The notes under the pieces were generated by a model. The model did not search any database. It had not been told where the DNA came from and saw only the letters and a list, made by a program, of their open reading frames with translations. Shown here one piece after another: positions 1 through 7,949 of a DNA stretch of 20,000 nucleotides. The stretch is from Rhabdothermincola salaria (GTDB lineage: Bacteria > Actinomycetota > Acidimicrobiia > Acidimicrobiales > Acidimicrobilacustridaceae): assembly GCF_021246445.1 (NCBI RefSeq), contig NZ_JAJQXW010000001.1, positions 1,985,198-2,005,197 of the forward strand, given 5' to 3'. How positions within the stretch are numbered: the first letter of the stretch is position 1; every line of letters starts with the position of its first letter. A program made the position numbers and the translations under genes.

Positions 1-437
1 TCGACGTCACACATGAAGCGCACCAGCTCGGCCCCGCCGGGGTCGGCGGCCAGGGCGTCGAGCACGCGATAGGCGTCGACGACGGTCGAGGCGCCGTCCC
101 CCTCGCTCGGTCGCTCGCACAGCAGCACCATCGTGTCGGGGCCGTCGAGGCCGTAGGTGAAGCCGTCGGTGTGCAGCGGCAGCGGCACCTCGTGGGCACC
201 GTCGACGCGGATCTTGGGGTCCTTGTCGCCCCCTTCTCGCACCTCGACCGGCGGAGGGCCGGCACGGAGCCGGTCGCCCAGCAAGGTGGCGGCCAGGGTC
301 GCCGCCGATGACTGCGAAGGCTCGAGCCCGGTGAGGATGCAGGCACCGACGCCGGCCACCAGTTCGGCGGCGTGGGTGGGGTCGTCCGTGCGGGACGGTT
401 CGAGACCGGCAGCGATGGCAGCGATGGCGTCGAGCAA
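1..437 (-). CDS. TauD/TfdA-family Fe(II)/2-oxoglutarate dioxygenase, N-terminal part (runs off window start)
   Basis: Not in the ORF track; translated by hand from TTG at 437 (GAGAGG RBS upstream): MLDAIAAIAAGLEPS...EVPLPLHTDGFTYGLDGPDTMVLLCERPSEGDGASTVVDAYRVL. HxD motif followed by PD..LLC..G.G.S..VD is the TauD/clavaminate synthase-like pattern. Confidence 0.8.
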   Translation of the reverse strand, partial: MLDAIAAIAAGLEPSRTDDPTHAAELVAGVGACILTGLEPSQSSAATLAATLLGDRLRAGPPPVEVREGGDKDPKIRVDGAHEVPLPLHTDGFTYGLDGPDTMVLLCERPSEGDGASTVVDAYRVLDALAADPGGAELVRFMCDV

Positions 438-583
438 GGGAACCTCTCTCCAACGGGGCGCACGGAAATGTAGCCCCCAGCCACCCCCGCCCCCGTGGTC
501 GGCCGGGCCTTCACCGCACCCACCCACCGACCGGATCGCGCCGTGTCCGACCGCGACCGGCCGGCCACGTACACTGCCGGGCC

Positions 584-961
584 GTGGGGGACGACGACGC
601 TCGAGCACTGGTCCGACGCTGGTGGAACGACGTCTGGGGCGAGGCGAACCCCGACGCCGTCGACGACATCTGCACCGACCCCTACACCCGCCACACCAGC
701 CTGGGCACCGAGCGCATCCCTCTCGCCAAGTACAAGAAGCGCCTGGCCGAGTCGATGCACGTGATGCGCGGCGCCGAGACCACCATCGACGACCAGGTCG
801 TGGCCGGCGACAAGGTATGGACCCGGGCCACGAGCCGCGGGGTGAACCTCAGCACCGAGAGTCGCCAGGTGCTCACGTGGATGATCGTGCACCGCATCGA
901 GGACGGCCGCATCGCCGAGAGCTGGACCGCCGCGCTCCCCGGGGTCGAGTGGGAGTCGTGA
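584..961 (+). CDS. SnoaL-like ester cyclase / NTF2-fold protein
   Basis: 125 aa: ALVRRWWNDVWGEAN.DAVDDI..., IDDQVVAGDKVWTR, HRIEDGRIAESW are typical SnoaL/NTF2 segments; TACACT at 570-575 upstream. Confidence 0.8.
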   Translation: MGDDDARALVRRWWNDVWGEANPDAVDDICTDPYTRHTSLGTERIPLAKYKKRLAESMHVMRGAETTIDDQVVAGDKVWTRATSRGVNLSTESRQVLTWMIVHRIEDGRIAESWTAALPGVEWES

Positions 962-1032
962 CCGCCGGGCCCTGAGGCCCACGACACCTTCGCCGCTGGC
1001 GGACCACGACCAGCCGGCCCGCACCCGCCCGG

Positions 1033-2361
1033 TCAGCCCAGGCCGAGGACGACCTCGCGGTCGCTGAACCGGCGCCGGCGCAGCACGAAGACCACCATCA
1101 CCACCAGCACCACGGCACCCATGATCACGAAGGTGGTGCGCAGCCCGATGGCGTCGGCCAGGGCGCCGAGGGGCAGGGCGGCGATGCCGAAGCCGCTGAA
1201 GCCCAGCATCACCAGCGACTGGATGCGCCCGTGGTAGTCGAAGTCGCTGAGGTTCAACAGCAGCGAGTTGGTCATGGTCTGGTAGGTGAGGCTCATGCCG
1301 CCGGTGAACATCAGCGCCACCACCGCCAGCCAGAAGAGGGGCATGAGGCCGAGGGTGATGAGGCCCACCCCGAAGCCGATGCCGGCGACGGTGACGAACC
1401 GCCAGGGGTCACGCCGTCCGCCGCTGCGGGCGGCGAAGAGCCCGAAGGCGATGGCGCCGACGGCCGAGGCCGCACTGAGCACGCCGTAGCCGGTCGACCC
1501 GGTGTCGAAGATGCCGTCGGCCACGGTGGGCAGGAAGGCCATGAACGGGTAGCCGATCATCACGATGACCAGGGAGCTGGTGACGAGCAGCGCCAGGTCC
1601 GGACGCCGGCGGACGTAGCGCAGGCCGTCGGCGAGCTCCCCCCACGGCGACCCGTGGATCCGCTCCGGGTGGGGCGGGGCGGGCGGCAGGAACACGGTGA
1701 GCACGGTGCCGAACAGGCAGAGGGCGCCGCTGGCGATGAAGACGCCCTCGAGGCCCCACGTGAAGGCGGCGATCACGATGCCGGCGATGGTGGGCCCGAT
1801 GACCCGCATGCCCTCCGCCCCCATCTGGGCCAGGACGATGGCGTTGGACAGGATGCGACCGTCGACGATCTCGGCCGTGTAGGACATGCGGGCCGGCCCG
1901 AACAGGGCGAAGGCCACCGCCTGCAGGGCGCTGGCGCCCATGAGCATCCAGTACTCCACGACGTCGAGCACCAGCGCGACGCCGATCCACATCGAGGATG
2001 CCACCAACAGCAGCTGGGACACGACGAGCACGGTGCGCTTGGGCAACCGGTCGGCGGCCACGCCTCCGAACGGCGTGGAGATGAGCATGGCGATGCCGAA
2101 CGCCAGCAGCACGCCGCCCAGCCCGGCGTTGGTGCCGGTGAGCTCGCGGGCCAGCCAGCCCCGGGCGATGGCCTGGGCGTTGACGGCCATGAACACGAAC
2201 AGGCCAGAGAACCACAGCTTGCGGTAGGCCGGCACCGCCATGGCGGCGAAGGTGGACGACGCGAGGACGGGGGCGGTGGCGACGTGGTCGGCGGGCGGCG
2301 ATGGGGAGGTCACGGGGTCACCGGAGACGTCCTCCACGTCGATGCCGTCCTCGCCGTCCAC
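1033..2361 (-). CDS. MFS transporter (MFS_3/H+ antiporter-like)
   Basis: About 12 hydrophobic helices; motif A GGVAADRLPKR; C-terminal GRIQSL and GALADAIG. Start uncertain (GTG 2361 or 2313); the ORF-track extension to 2565 overlaps the divergent gene. Confidence 0.88.
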   Translation of the reverse strand: MDGEDGIDVEDVSGDPVTSPSPPADHVATAPVLASSTFAAMAVPAYRKLWFSGLFVFMAVNAQAIARGWLARELTGTNAGLGGVLLAFGIAMLISTPFGGVAADRLPKRTVLVVSQLLLVASSMWIGVALVLDVVEYWMLMGASALQAVAFALFGPARMSYTAEIVDGRILSNAIVLAQMGAEGMRVIGPTIAGIVIAAFTWGLEGVFIASGALCLFGTVLTVFLPPAPPHPERIHGSPWGELADGLRYVRRRPDLALLVTSSLVIVMIGYPFMAFLPTVADGIFDTGSTGYGVLSAASAVGAIAFGLFAARSGGRRDPWRFVTVAGIGFGVGLITLGLMPLFWLAVVALMFTGGMSLTYQTMTNSLLLNLSDFDYHGRIQSLVMLGFSGFGIAALPLGALADAIGLRTTFVIMGAVVLVVMVVFVLRRRRFSDREVVLGLG

Positions 2362-2500
2362 CTCGCAAGTGCTATCAGGGTTGCGTCGCGGGCACGAAGC
2401 GACGACGGGGCGACCGGTGGAACGACCGGGGTGCCGGCCACGGCGCCTCGGACGTGGGAACGTGGGCGCTGACCAGCGACGGAGAAGGGTGGAGACGACG

Positions 2501-3037
2501 ATGGTGAGCGATCGCAACCCGTGGGAGCGCCCGGCGGTCATGGGATCGCTGTTGGCCGCGCTCATCGTGGTCGGCCTCGCCGTGGGCGCCTACGCCGGTT
2601 CGTCGGTCGCCGACAGCGAGCGCGACCGCCTCAGCGAGTGCGCCGCAGCCCAGATCGCTGCGCTCGACCGGGCCGCCGCCGTCACCGAGCCGATCGGCAC
2701 CACCCCCGCCGCGGTCCCGGCGCCGGCGGACCTGGACACCATCGTGGTCGAGCTCACCGCCATCGGCGACGAGCTCGAGGCCCGCTCGGTGGGCGAGTGC
2801 CGGGCCAGCAGCGACCCCGGCTTCCTGCGCCGGGTCACCCAGCTGCACCAGGCCCGCACCGACGCGGTCACCGATCTCCGGGCCGCCGGCGAGAGCGGCG
2901 ACGCGGCGGCCCAGCAGGCCGCCCTCGACCGGCTGTCGTCGGTCCGCACCGAGATCGACGTCGAGATCTGTGCCCAGCTGGGCTGCGAGAGCGAGGTCGG
3001 CCCGCCGGCGCCCTCGTCCGACCGGCCCACTGAGTGA
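2501..3037 (+). CDS. Hypothetical membrane-anchored or exported helical protein
   Basis: GGAG RBS before ATG 2501; N-terminal hydrophobic helix (LLAALIVVGLAVGAYAG), then an Ala-rich helical domain with four Cys; codon usage typical of the window. Confidence 0.7.
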   Translation: MVSDRNPWERPAVMGSLLAALIVVGLAVGAYAGSSVADSERDRLSECAAAQIAALDRAAAVTEPIGTTPAAVPAPADLDTIVVELTAIGDELEARSVGECRASSDPGFLRRVTQLHQARTDAVTDLRAAGESGDAAAQQAALDRLSSVRTEIDVEICAQLGCESEVGPPAPSSDRPTE

Positions 3038-3054
3038 TTTCGGGCGAAACGCGG

Positions 3055-3060
3055 CATACT
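3055..3060 (+). promoter_or_regulatory. Putative -10 element (CATACT) for the carD-like gene
   Basis: CATACT resembles TANNNT, lies about 30 nt before ATG 3089, and is followed by a GAAAGG RBS. Confidence 0.4.
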
Positions 3061-3088
3061 TGCTCGTTCCGTCGCTCGAAAGGCTCCC

Positions 3089-3604
3089 ATGGACTTCGCC
3101 ATCGGCTCCAAGGTCATCTATCCGTCCCACGGCACGGCGGTCGTCACCGGTCGCTCCGAACGCGAGGTCGACGGTGAGAAGGTGACCTACCTCGAGCTCT
3201 CCGTCGCCGCCGGCGAGGAGTCGTGGCGAGGTGGGGCCCTCAAGGTCTCGGTGCCCGAGGACCGCGCCGAGGACCTGGGCGTGCGCCCGGCCATCTCCGC
3301 CGACGAGGTCGACGACGTGCTGGCCGTGCTGGCCGTCACCAATGTGCGGGTGCCCACCAACTGGTCCCGCCGGTTCAAGAACCACCAGGAGAAGATGAAG
3401 TCCGGCGACATCTACGAGTGCGCCGAGGTGGTCCGCAACCTGTCGCTGCGTGAACGTTCCTCCAAGCTCTCCAGCGCCGAGAAGGCCATGCTGGGCAAGG
3501 CCCGCCACATCCTCGTCTCCGAGTTGGCGGTGTCGTGGGACTGCTCCATGGAGGACGCCGGCGACCGCATCGACGCCGTCCTCGACGGCCTCGCCGTCGC
3601 CTGA
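3089..3604 (+). CDS. carD: CarD/CdnL-family RNA polymerase-binding transcription regulator
   Basis: F.IGSKVIYPSHG N-terminus, PTNWSRRFK with the conserved Trp, SGDIYECAEVVRNL, LSSAEKAMLGKARHILVSEL. Likely a paralog (see findings). Confidence 0.92.
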   Translation: MDFAIGSKVIYPSHGTAVVTGRSEREVDGEKVTYLELSVAAGEESWRGGALKVSVPEDRAEDLGVRPAISADEVDDVLAVLAVTNVRVPTNWSRRFKNHQEKMKSGDIYECAEVVRNLSLRERSSKLSSAEKAMLGKARHILVSELAVSWDCSMEDAGDRIDAVLDGLAVA

Positions 3605-3625
3605 GCGACCTCGCCTGAACGACTC

Positions 3626-3658
3626 GAACGTGCCCCGGTCCCCAGCCGGGGCACGTTC
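3626..3658 (+). terminator. Hairpin, probable intrinsic terminator after carD
   Basis: GAACGTGCCCCGG-(7 nt)-CCGGGGCACGTTC, a perfect 13-bp stem about 20 nt after the stop. Confidence 0.7.
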
Positions 3659-3709
3659 ACGCCCGGCCCCACTCGGCCACCGCTGAGGGTCGCGGGCACC
3701 AGCACCCGC

Positions 3710-3743
3710 ACGCGACGATGCCCGCCCCGAGGGGCGGGCATCG
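3710..3743 (-). terminator. Hairpin repeat copy 1 (terminator or REP-like), downstream of the DUF4397-like gene
   Basis: CGATGCCCGCCC-CGAG-GGGCGGGCATCG, 12-bp stem, followed on the minus strand by TCGCGT; near-identical to 4706-4739. Confidence 0.7.
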
Positions 3744-3779
3744 CTCGACGTCAGGACCGCTGAAGAGCGGAGTGGACGA

Positions 3780-4583
3780 TCAGCCGGTGAAGCGAGGCGT
3801 CACCGTTGCGGGCTGGGCCGCAGCCGTGGTGGTCGGACCGGCCGTGGTGGTGGTGGTCTCGACGGGGACCTCGCACGGATCGAGCTCGATCAGACCGGTG
3901 AAGGCGTCGGCGCCACCATCGGCGCCGCCACCCGCGTACACCAAGATGTTGAAGCCCGGGATGGTGGTGACGTCACCGAGCGGGATGAGCACGTCGGTGG
4001 TGCCGGTGGCCACGATGGCGGCGTCCTCGACGACGAGGCCGCCCGGGACGTCGAGGATGCTCTGCGCGCCCTCTTCGAGGTCCTGGATCAGCACGGTCTG
4101 CTCACCGGCGATGGTGCCCACGACGTCGACGGTCCCGGCCGCGGCGCCGTGACGGGCCGTGATGCGACCCTCGCCCTCGGCGAAGCAGCTGGAGTCGTTG
4201 GGCCAGACGGCGATGCTGGGCTGACCCTCGCCGCTGAGCCAGACGGCAGCCACGGTGATGTCGTCGCCGGGCTCGAGGACGAGGTCGCCGCCGATGTCGG
4301 GCTCGCCCTCACAGAGCTGGTCGGCGCCGACGTAGATGGCCACCGGGATGGTGACAGCGGGGAGCGTGAGCGGTCCGAGGGTCTCACCCCAGCTGAAGTT
4401 GCCGTCGATGACCTCGCCACCGGCGCAGACCGTGACGGTGAAGGGTTCGGTCGGGGCGTCATAGGTGGCGTCGTGGACGATGGTGACCTGGGCGGTTCCA
4501 CCGTCGGTCCCGGCGCCGGCGGTGGCCGGCATCAGACCCACGGCCACCAGGGCCATCACGGCCAAGAGGGCAAGGCGCTTCAT
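3780..4583 (-). CDS. Secreted DUF4397-like protein with Thr/Ala-rich tail ending in PRFTG
   Basis: AAGGAG RBS, ATG 4583; Sec signal MKRLALLAVMALVAVGLMPATAGA; two DUF4397-like repeats (VTIVH..., RITARHGAAAGTVDV); C-terminus TTTTTAGPTTTAAAQPATVTPRFTG*. Confidence 0.72.
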   Translation of the reverse strand: MKRLALLAVMALVAVGLMPATAGAGTDGGTAQVTIVHDATYDAPTEPFTVTVCAGGEVIDGNFSWGETLGPLTLPAVTIPVAIYVGADQLCEGEPDIGGDLVLEPGDDITVAAVWLSGEGQPSIAVWPNDSSCFAEGEGRITARHGAAAGTVDVVGTIAGEQTVLIQDLEEGAQSILDVPGGLVVEDAAIVATGTTDVLIPLGDVTTIPGFNILVYAGGGADGGADAFTGLIELDPCEVPVETTTTTAGPTTTAAAQPATVTPRFTG

Positions 4584-4705
4584 TTTTTCTCCTTGTGATC
4601 GACGCAGGGGTCCGGGCGACGGGGGCCGCACGACGCGTCGGGCGAGAGACTAGACGAGATCGTGTCGCGGGTCACGGGTTTCTGCGGCACCGTCACCGGC
4701 GTGCT

Positions 4706-4739
4706 ACGCGACGGTGCCCGCCCCGAGGGGCGGGCACCG
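4706..4739 (-). terminator. Hairpin repeat copy 2 (terminator or REP-like), downstream of the peroxiredoxin gene
   Basis: CGGTGCCCGCCC-CGAG-GGGCGGGCACCG, 12-bp stem, about 40 nt after stop 4778. Confidence 0.7.
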
Positions 4740-4777
4740 GAGCACGATCAGACAGGGAGCTCTCGGACAGAGTGCCC

Positions 4778-5260
4778 TCAGAGGCGCTCGAGGACCGCCG
4801 AGCAGGAGCTGACCTCGATGCCGCCGCCCTCCTCGACGTCGAGGTTGGTGACGACGCCGTCCTCGATGATGGCGGCGTAGCGACGCGACCGGGTGCCGAG
4901 GCCGAAGCCGCTGCCGTCCATCACCAGGCCCATGGCCTCGGTGAAGGCGCCGTTGCCGTCGGCGAGCATGACGATGTCCTCGCCGACGCCCTGGTCGTCG
5001 CCCCAGGCGTCCATCACGAAGGCGTCGTTGACCGCCACGCACACGATCTTGTCGACGCCCTTGCCCTTGACCTGCGAGGCGGCCTCGACGAAGCCGGGCA
5101 GGTGGACCTTGGAGCAGCCGGGCGTGAACGCACCCGGAACCGCGAAGAGCACGACCTTGCCCTCGCCGAGCAGCTCGCCGGTCTGCACCTTCTGCGGGCC
5201 CTGCTCGCCCATCACGTGCGCTTCGACGTCGGGAACCTTGTCACCAGTGGAGATAGCCAT
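4778..5260 (-). CDS. Peroxiredoxin, Prx5/redoxin type
   Basis: KVVLFAVPGAFTPGCSKVHLPGF (peroxidatic Cys), VNDAFVMDAW, LADGNGAFT, GLGTRSRRYA; ATG 5260. Confidence 0.93.
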   Translation of the reverse strand: MAISTGDKVPDVEAHVMGEQGPQKVQTGELLGEGKVVLFAVPGAFTPGCSKVHLPGFVEAASQVKGKGVDKIVCVAVNDAFVMDAWGDDQGVGEDIVMLADGNGAFTEAMGLVMDGSGFGLGTRSRRYAAIIEDGVVTNLDVEEGGGIEVSSCSAVLERL

Positions 5261-5266
5261 GTCGCG

Positions 5267-5272
5267 AACATA
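5267..5272 (-). promoter_or_regulatory. Putative -10 (TATGTT) of a leaderless peroxiredoxin transcript
   Basis: Minus strand reads TATGTT-CGCGAC-ATG: TANNNT 6 nt before the start, with no Shine-Dalgarno sequence. Confidence 0.55.
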
Positions 5273-5346
5273 GGACAGCCGCACGGGCGCTCGCGCCCCG
5301 GGCGGCCAGGAAACCCCGGGACGTCCGACCACCCGCCCAGGCGGGC

Positions 5347-6189
5347 TCAGACCTCGAAGCGCCACCCGTCGCCGTCGGCCACGATGCGGCCGGCGCTGGG
5401 GGCGGCGTAGTGCGTGCCGATGACCAGGGTCCCCTGGTCGCCGTGCTCGGCGATCAGGCGGCGACGCGACGCCGCACCCATGGTGGCGTCCCAATCGGCG
5501 GTCATGCCCCAGTCGGGTTCGGCCCACTGCACCGGGTGGTGGGTGGCGTCGCCGGTGATGAGGGCCCGCTCCCCGCCGGACTCGATGAGGACCGAGACGT
5601 GGCCCGGCGAGTGGCCCGGGGTGGGCACCAAGCGCACCTCGCCGGTGAGGCGGTGGTCGGCGTCGACGAGGTCGGCCTGACCGGCCTCGACCACGGGGGT
5701 GACGGTGTCACCGCAGTTGAGGGCGTAGCCGCCGGGCTCGGCCATCCAGTGCTCGTACTCCGAGCGGCAGAACAGGTAGCGGGCGTTGGTGAAGGTGGGC
5801 ACCCACCGGTCCCCCTCGAGGCGGGTGTTCCACCCCACGTGGTCGAAGTGCAGGTGGGTGCAGCACACGACATCGATGGTGTCGACGGCGAAGCCGGCCG
5901 CGGCCAGGCGGTCGGGGAAGTCGGCCGGTCCTCGCAGGCCGTCGAGACCAGGGATGGCTCGATCGCCGACGCAGGTGTCGACCATGATGCTCAGCCCCTC
6001 GCTCTGCACCACCAGGGCGTGGATCGACAGCTCGGTCGTGCCGTCGGCGTCGGCGAAGTGCGGGGCCAACCACCCCAGGTGCGGGGCCAGGGCCTCCGGC
6101 GTCGCCGCCGGCACCAGCCCGCTGATGGGCAGTGTCTGCTCGAGCTCGACCACCTTGGTGACGACGACGTCGCCGATCTGCCAGCGCAT
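5347..6189 (-). CDS. Metallo-beta-lactamase-fold hydrolase (AHL-lactonase/YtnP-like)
   Basis: THLHFDHVGWN (HxHxDH), TPGHSPGH, GDATHH, C-terminal GTH; purine-rich RBS. Confidence 0.9.
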   Translation of the reverse strand: MRWQIGDVVVTKVVELEQTLPISGLVPAATPEALAPHLGWLAPHFADADGTTELSIHALVVQSEGLSIMVDTCVGDRAIPGLDGLRGPADFPDRLAAAGFAVDTIDVVCCTHLHFDHVGWNTRLEGDRWVPTFTNARYLFCRSEYEHWMAEPGGYALNCGDTVTPVVEAGQADLVDADHRLTGEVRLVPTPGHSPGHVSVLIESGGERALITGDATHHPVQWAEPDWGMTADWDATMGAASRRRLIAEHGDQGTLVIGTHYAAPSAGRIVADGDGWRFEV

Positions 6190-6250
6190 GGATGTGCTCC
6201 CCCCTCGTGTCCGTGCCCCGACGGTGTAGCGCGCCGGCGGCCGGCGTGCC

Positions 6251-7945
6251 TCAGGAACGCCCGGCCTCGACGAACGTGGCGAAGAAGCGGGCCTCGGACT
6301 CCTCGTCGCCGATGAGCAACAGGTCGCACCCCTCGACCATGACCGTGTCGGGCTGGGCCGGCTCGAAGTGCCCGGCGGTGACGGCCACGGCCACCACCGT
6401 GCAGCCGCTGCGTTCTCGGACGCGTGCCTCGCTGATGGTGCGGGCCATCAATCGACGAGGTACCGGCACCCGGAACACGTCGAGGCCGTCGGCCAGCTGC
6501 AGCGTGTTGTCGGGCGTGAGCACGTTCCAGATGGCGTTGGCGCCGGTGGAGGCATAGGAGAGCACGCTGTCGGCACCGGCGCGGTGCAGCGTCGACACGT
6601 TGCGGTCGAGCCGGGCCCGGCTGATGATCTGCATCTCGGGGCGGAGCTTGCGGCAGTAGATGGTGAGGTAGACGTTCACGTCGTCGTCGTGGGTCGTGAT
6701 GATGGCGGCCCGCGACTGGTGGATGCCGGCCTCCTCGAGCACGGTGAGGTCGGCGGCGTCGCCCACCACGTAGACCGACGGGTCACGGACCCGTTCGGGG
6801 AGCTGCTCCACGATCCGGTGGGGGATGCCGGCGGCGGCGAGGGTCGCCCCGGCGGCACGCCCGACCCGACCACCCCCGATGATCACGACCGGCGCGTCGA
6901 GGATGTCGGACTCCCCGAAGTGCTCGTCCCAGCGGTCGAGCTGGGCTCGGTTGCCGGCCAGCACGATGGCGTCGTGGACCTCGAACACCGCGTTGGGGCG
7001 AGCCACCGCCAGCTCACCGCGGTCCCACACCCCGGCCACGGTGAGGCCGGTGAGCGGGCGGATGTTCGACTCGAGGAGCGTGCTGCCGACGAGGGTGCGG
7101 GGGGTGGCCGCCTCGGCGATCAACAGGTCGCCGAACTCGCCGATCACGACGCTGCGGCCGCCCGGGGTGAGCACCCGTCGCGCCAGGGCGGTGCCCAGCA
7201 TCACCCCGAGCTCCAGGACCTCGGTGCAACCGGCCATCTCGAGGATGTCCACCGAGGCGTGGCGGTTGGCGGTGGCCACGATCGGCACGTCGTGGGTGAT
7301 CTCCTGGACGGTGAAGGCCACGTTGGTGTTGGTGGTGTCGCCTTCGGTGGCCACCACGAGGGCGGCCTGGTCGACGCGGGCGGCCCGGAACGAGGCCGGG
7401 TCGTCGAGCGCCCCCACCATCACCCGGAACCCTTCGTCGTAGAGGCGCAGGGCCCGGTCGACGTCGTCGATCATCGCCGCGTAGGGGATCCCGGCCTGGT
7501 CGAGGCGACGGACGAGGGACTCCTCGATCGGACCGACACCGGTGAGCAACACGTGCCCCGACGTGCTCCGAGGCAGCTGCCGCGGGGCGCGCGCCCGCTG
7601 ACGGGCCTCCATCCAGGGCACGAAGATGAACTGGATGAACGAGAAGGGCAGCAGCACCAGGATGAAGACCGAGCCCGACAGCAGCACGACCACCGAGAAG
7701 ACACGGCCGACGTCGGACTCGAAGGTGATGTCACCGAAGCCGAGCGTCGACATGGTGACCACCGTCCAGTAGACGGCGGTGGCCCAGCTGTGGGTCTGGC
7801 CCTCGTACTCCATGATCTCGTGGAAGACGGCGCTGAAGAGCACCACGATGATCACGAAGACCACCAAGAGGACGCCCAGCACCCGCAGGTTGCGCCGCCC
7901 GTGGGGGTTGGCCAGGTAGCTGAAGATGGCCCCGAGGGATTTCAC
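6251..7945 (-). CDS. Two-TM potassium channel with tandem RCK (TrkA-N/C) domains, GsuK-like
   Basis: YWTVVTMSTLGFGD selectivity filter between two TM helices, followed by two RCK units, the second with IIGGGRVG; 564 aa. Confidence 0.9.
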   Translation of the reverse strand: MKSLGAIFSYLANPHGRRNLRVLGVLLVVFVIIVVLFSAVFHEIMEYEGQTHSWATAVYWTVVTMSTLGFGDITFESDVGRVFSVVVLLSGSVFILVLLPFSFIQFIFVPWMEARQRARAPRQLPRSTSGHVLLTGVGPIEESLVRRLDQAGIPYAAMIDDVDRALRLYDEGFRVMVGALDDPASFRAARVDQAALVVATEGDTTNTNVAFTVQEITHDVPIVATANRHASVDILEMAGCTEVLELGVMLGTALARRVLTPGGRSVVIGEFGDLLIAEAATPRTLVGSTLLESNIRPLTGLTVAGVWDRGELAVARPNAVFEVHDAIVLAGNRAQLDRWDEHFGESDILDAPVVIIGGGRVGRAAGATLAAAGIPHRIVEQLPERVRDPSVYVVGDAADLTVLEEAGIHQSRAAIITTHDDDVNVYLTIYCRKLRPEMQIISRARLDRNVSTLHRAGADSVLSYASTGANAIWNVLTPDNTLQLADGLDVFRVPVPRRLMARTISEARVRERSGCTVVAVAVTAGHFEPAQPDTVMVEGCDLLLIGDEESEARFFATFVEAGRS

Positions 7946-7949
7946 CGGC

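Noticed and set aside
7..453. 148-aa minus-strand ORF from the track
   Set aside because: Arg-rich wrong frame; the real gene is the other minus frame carrying the HTD motif.
3626..4739. Palindromic repeats as a CRISPR array, attC sites or IS ends
   Set aside because: Only two copies about 1 kb apart, no spacer periodicity, and no cas, integrase or transposase gene in the window.
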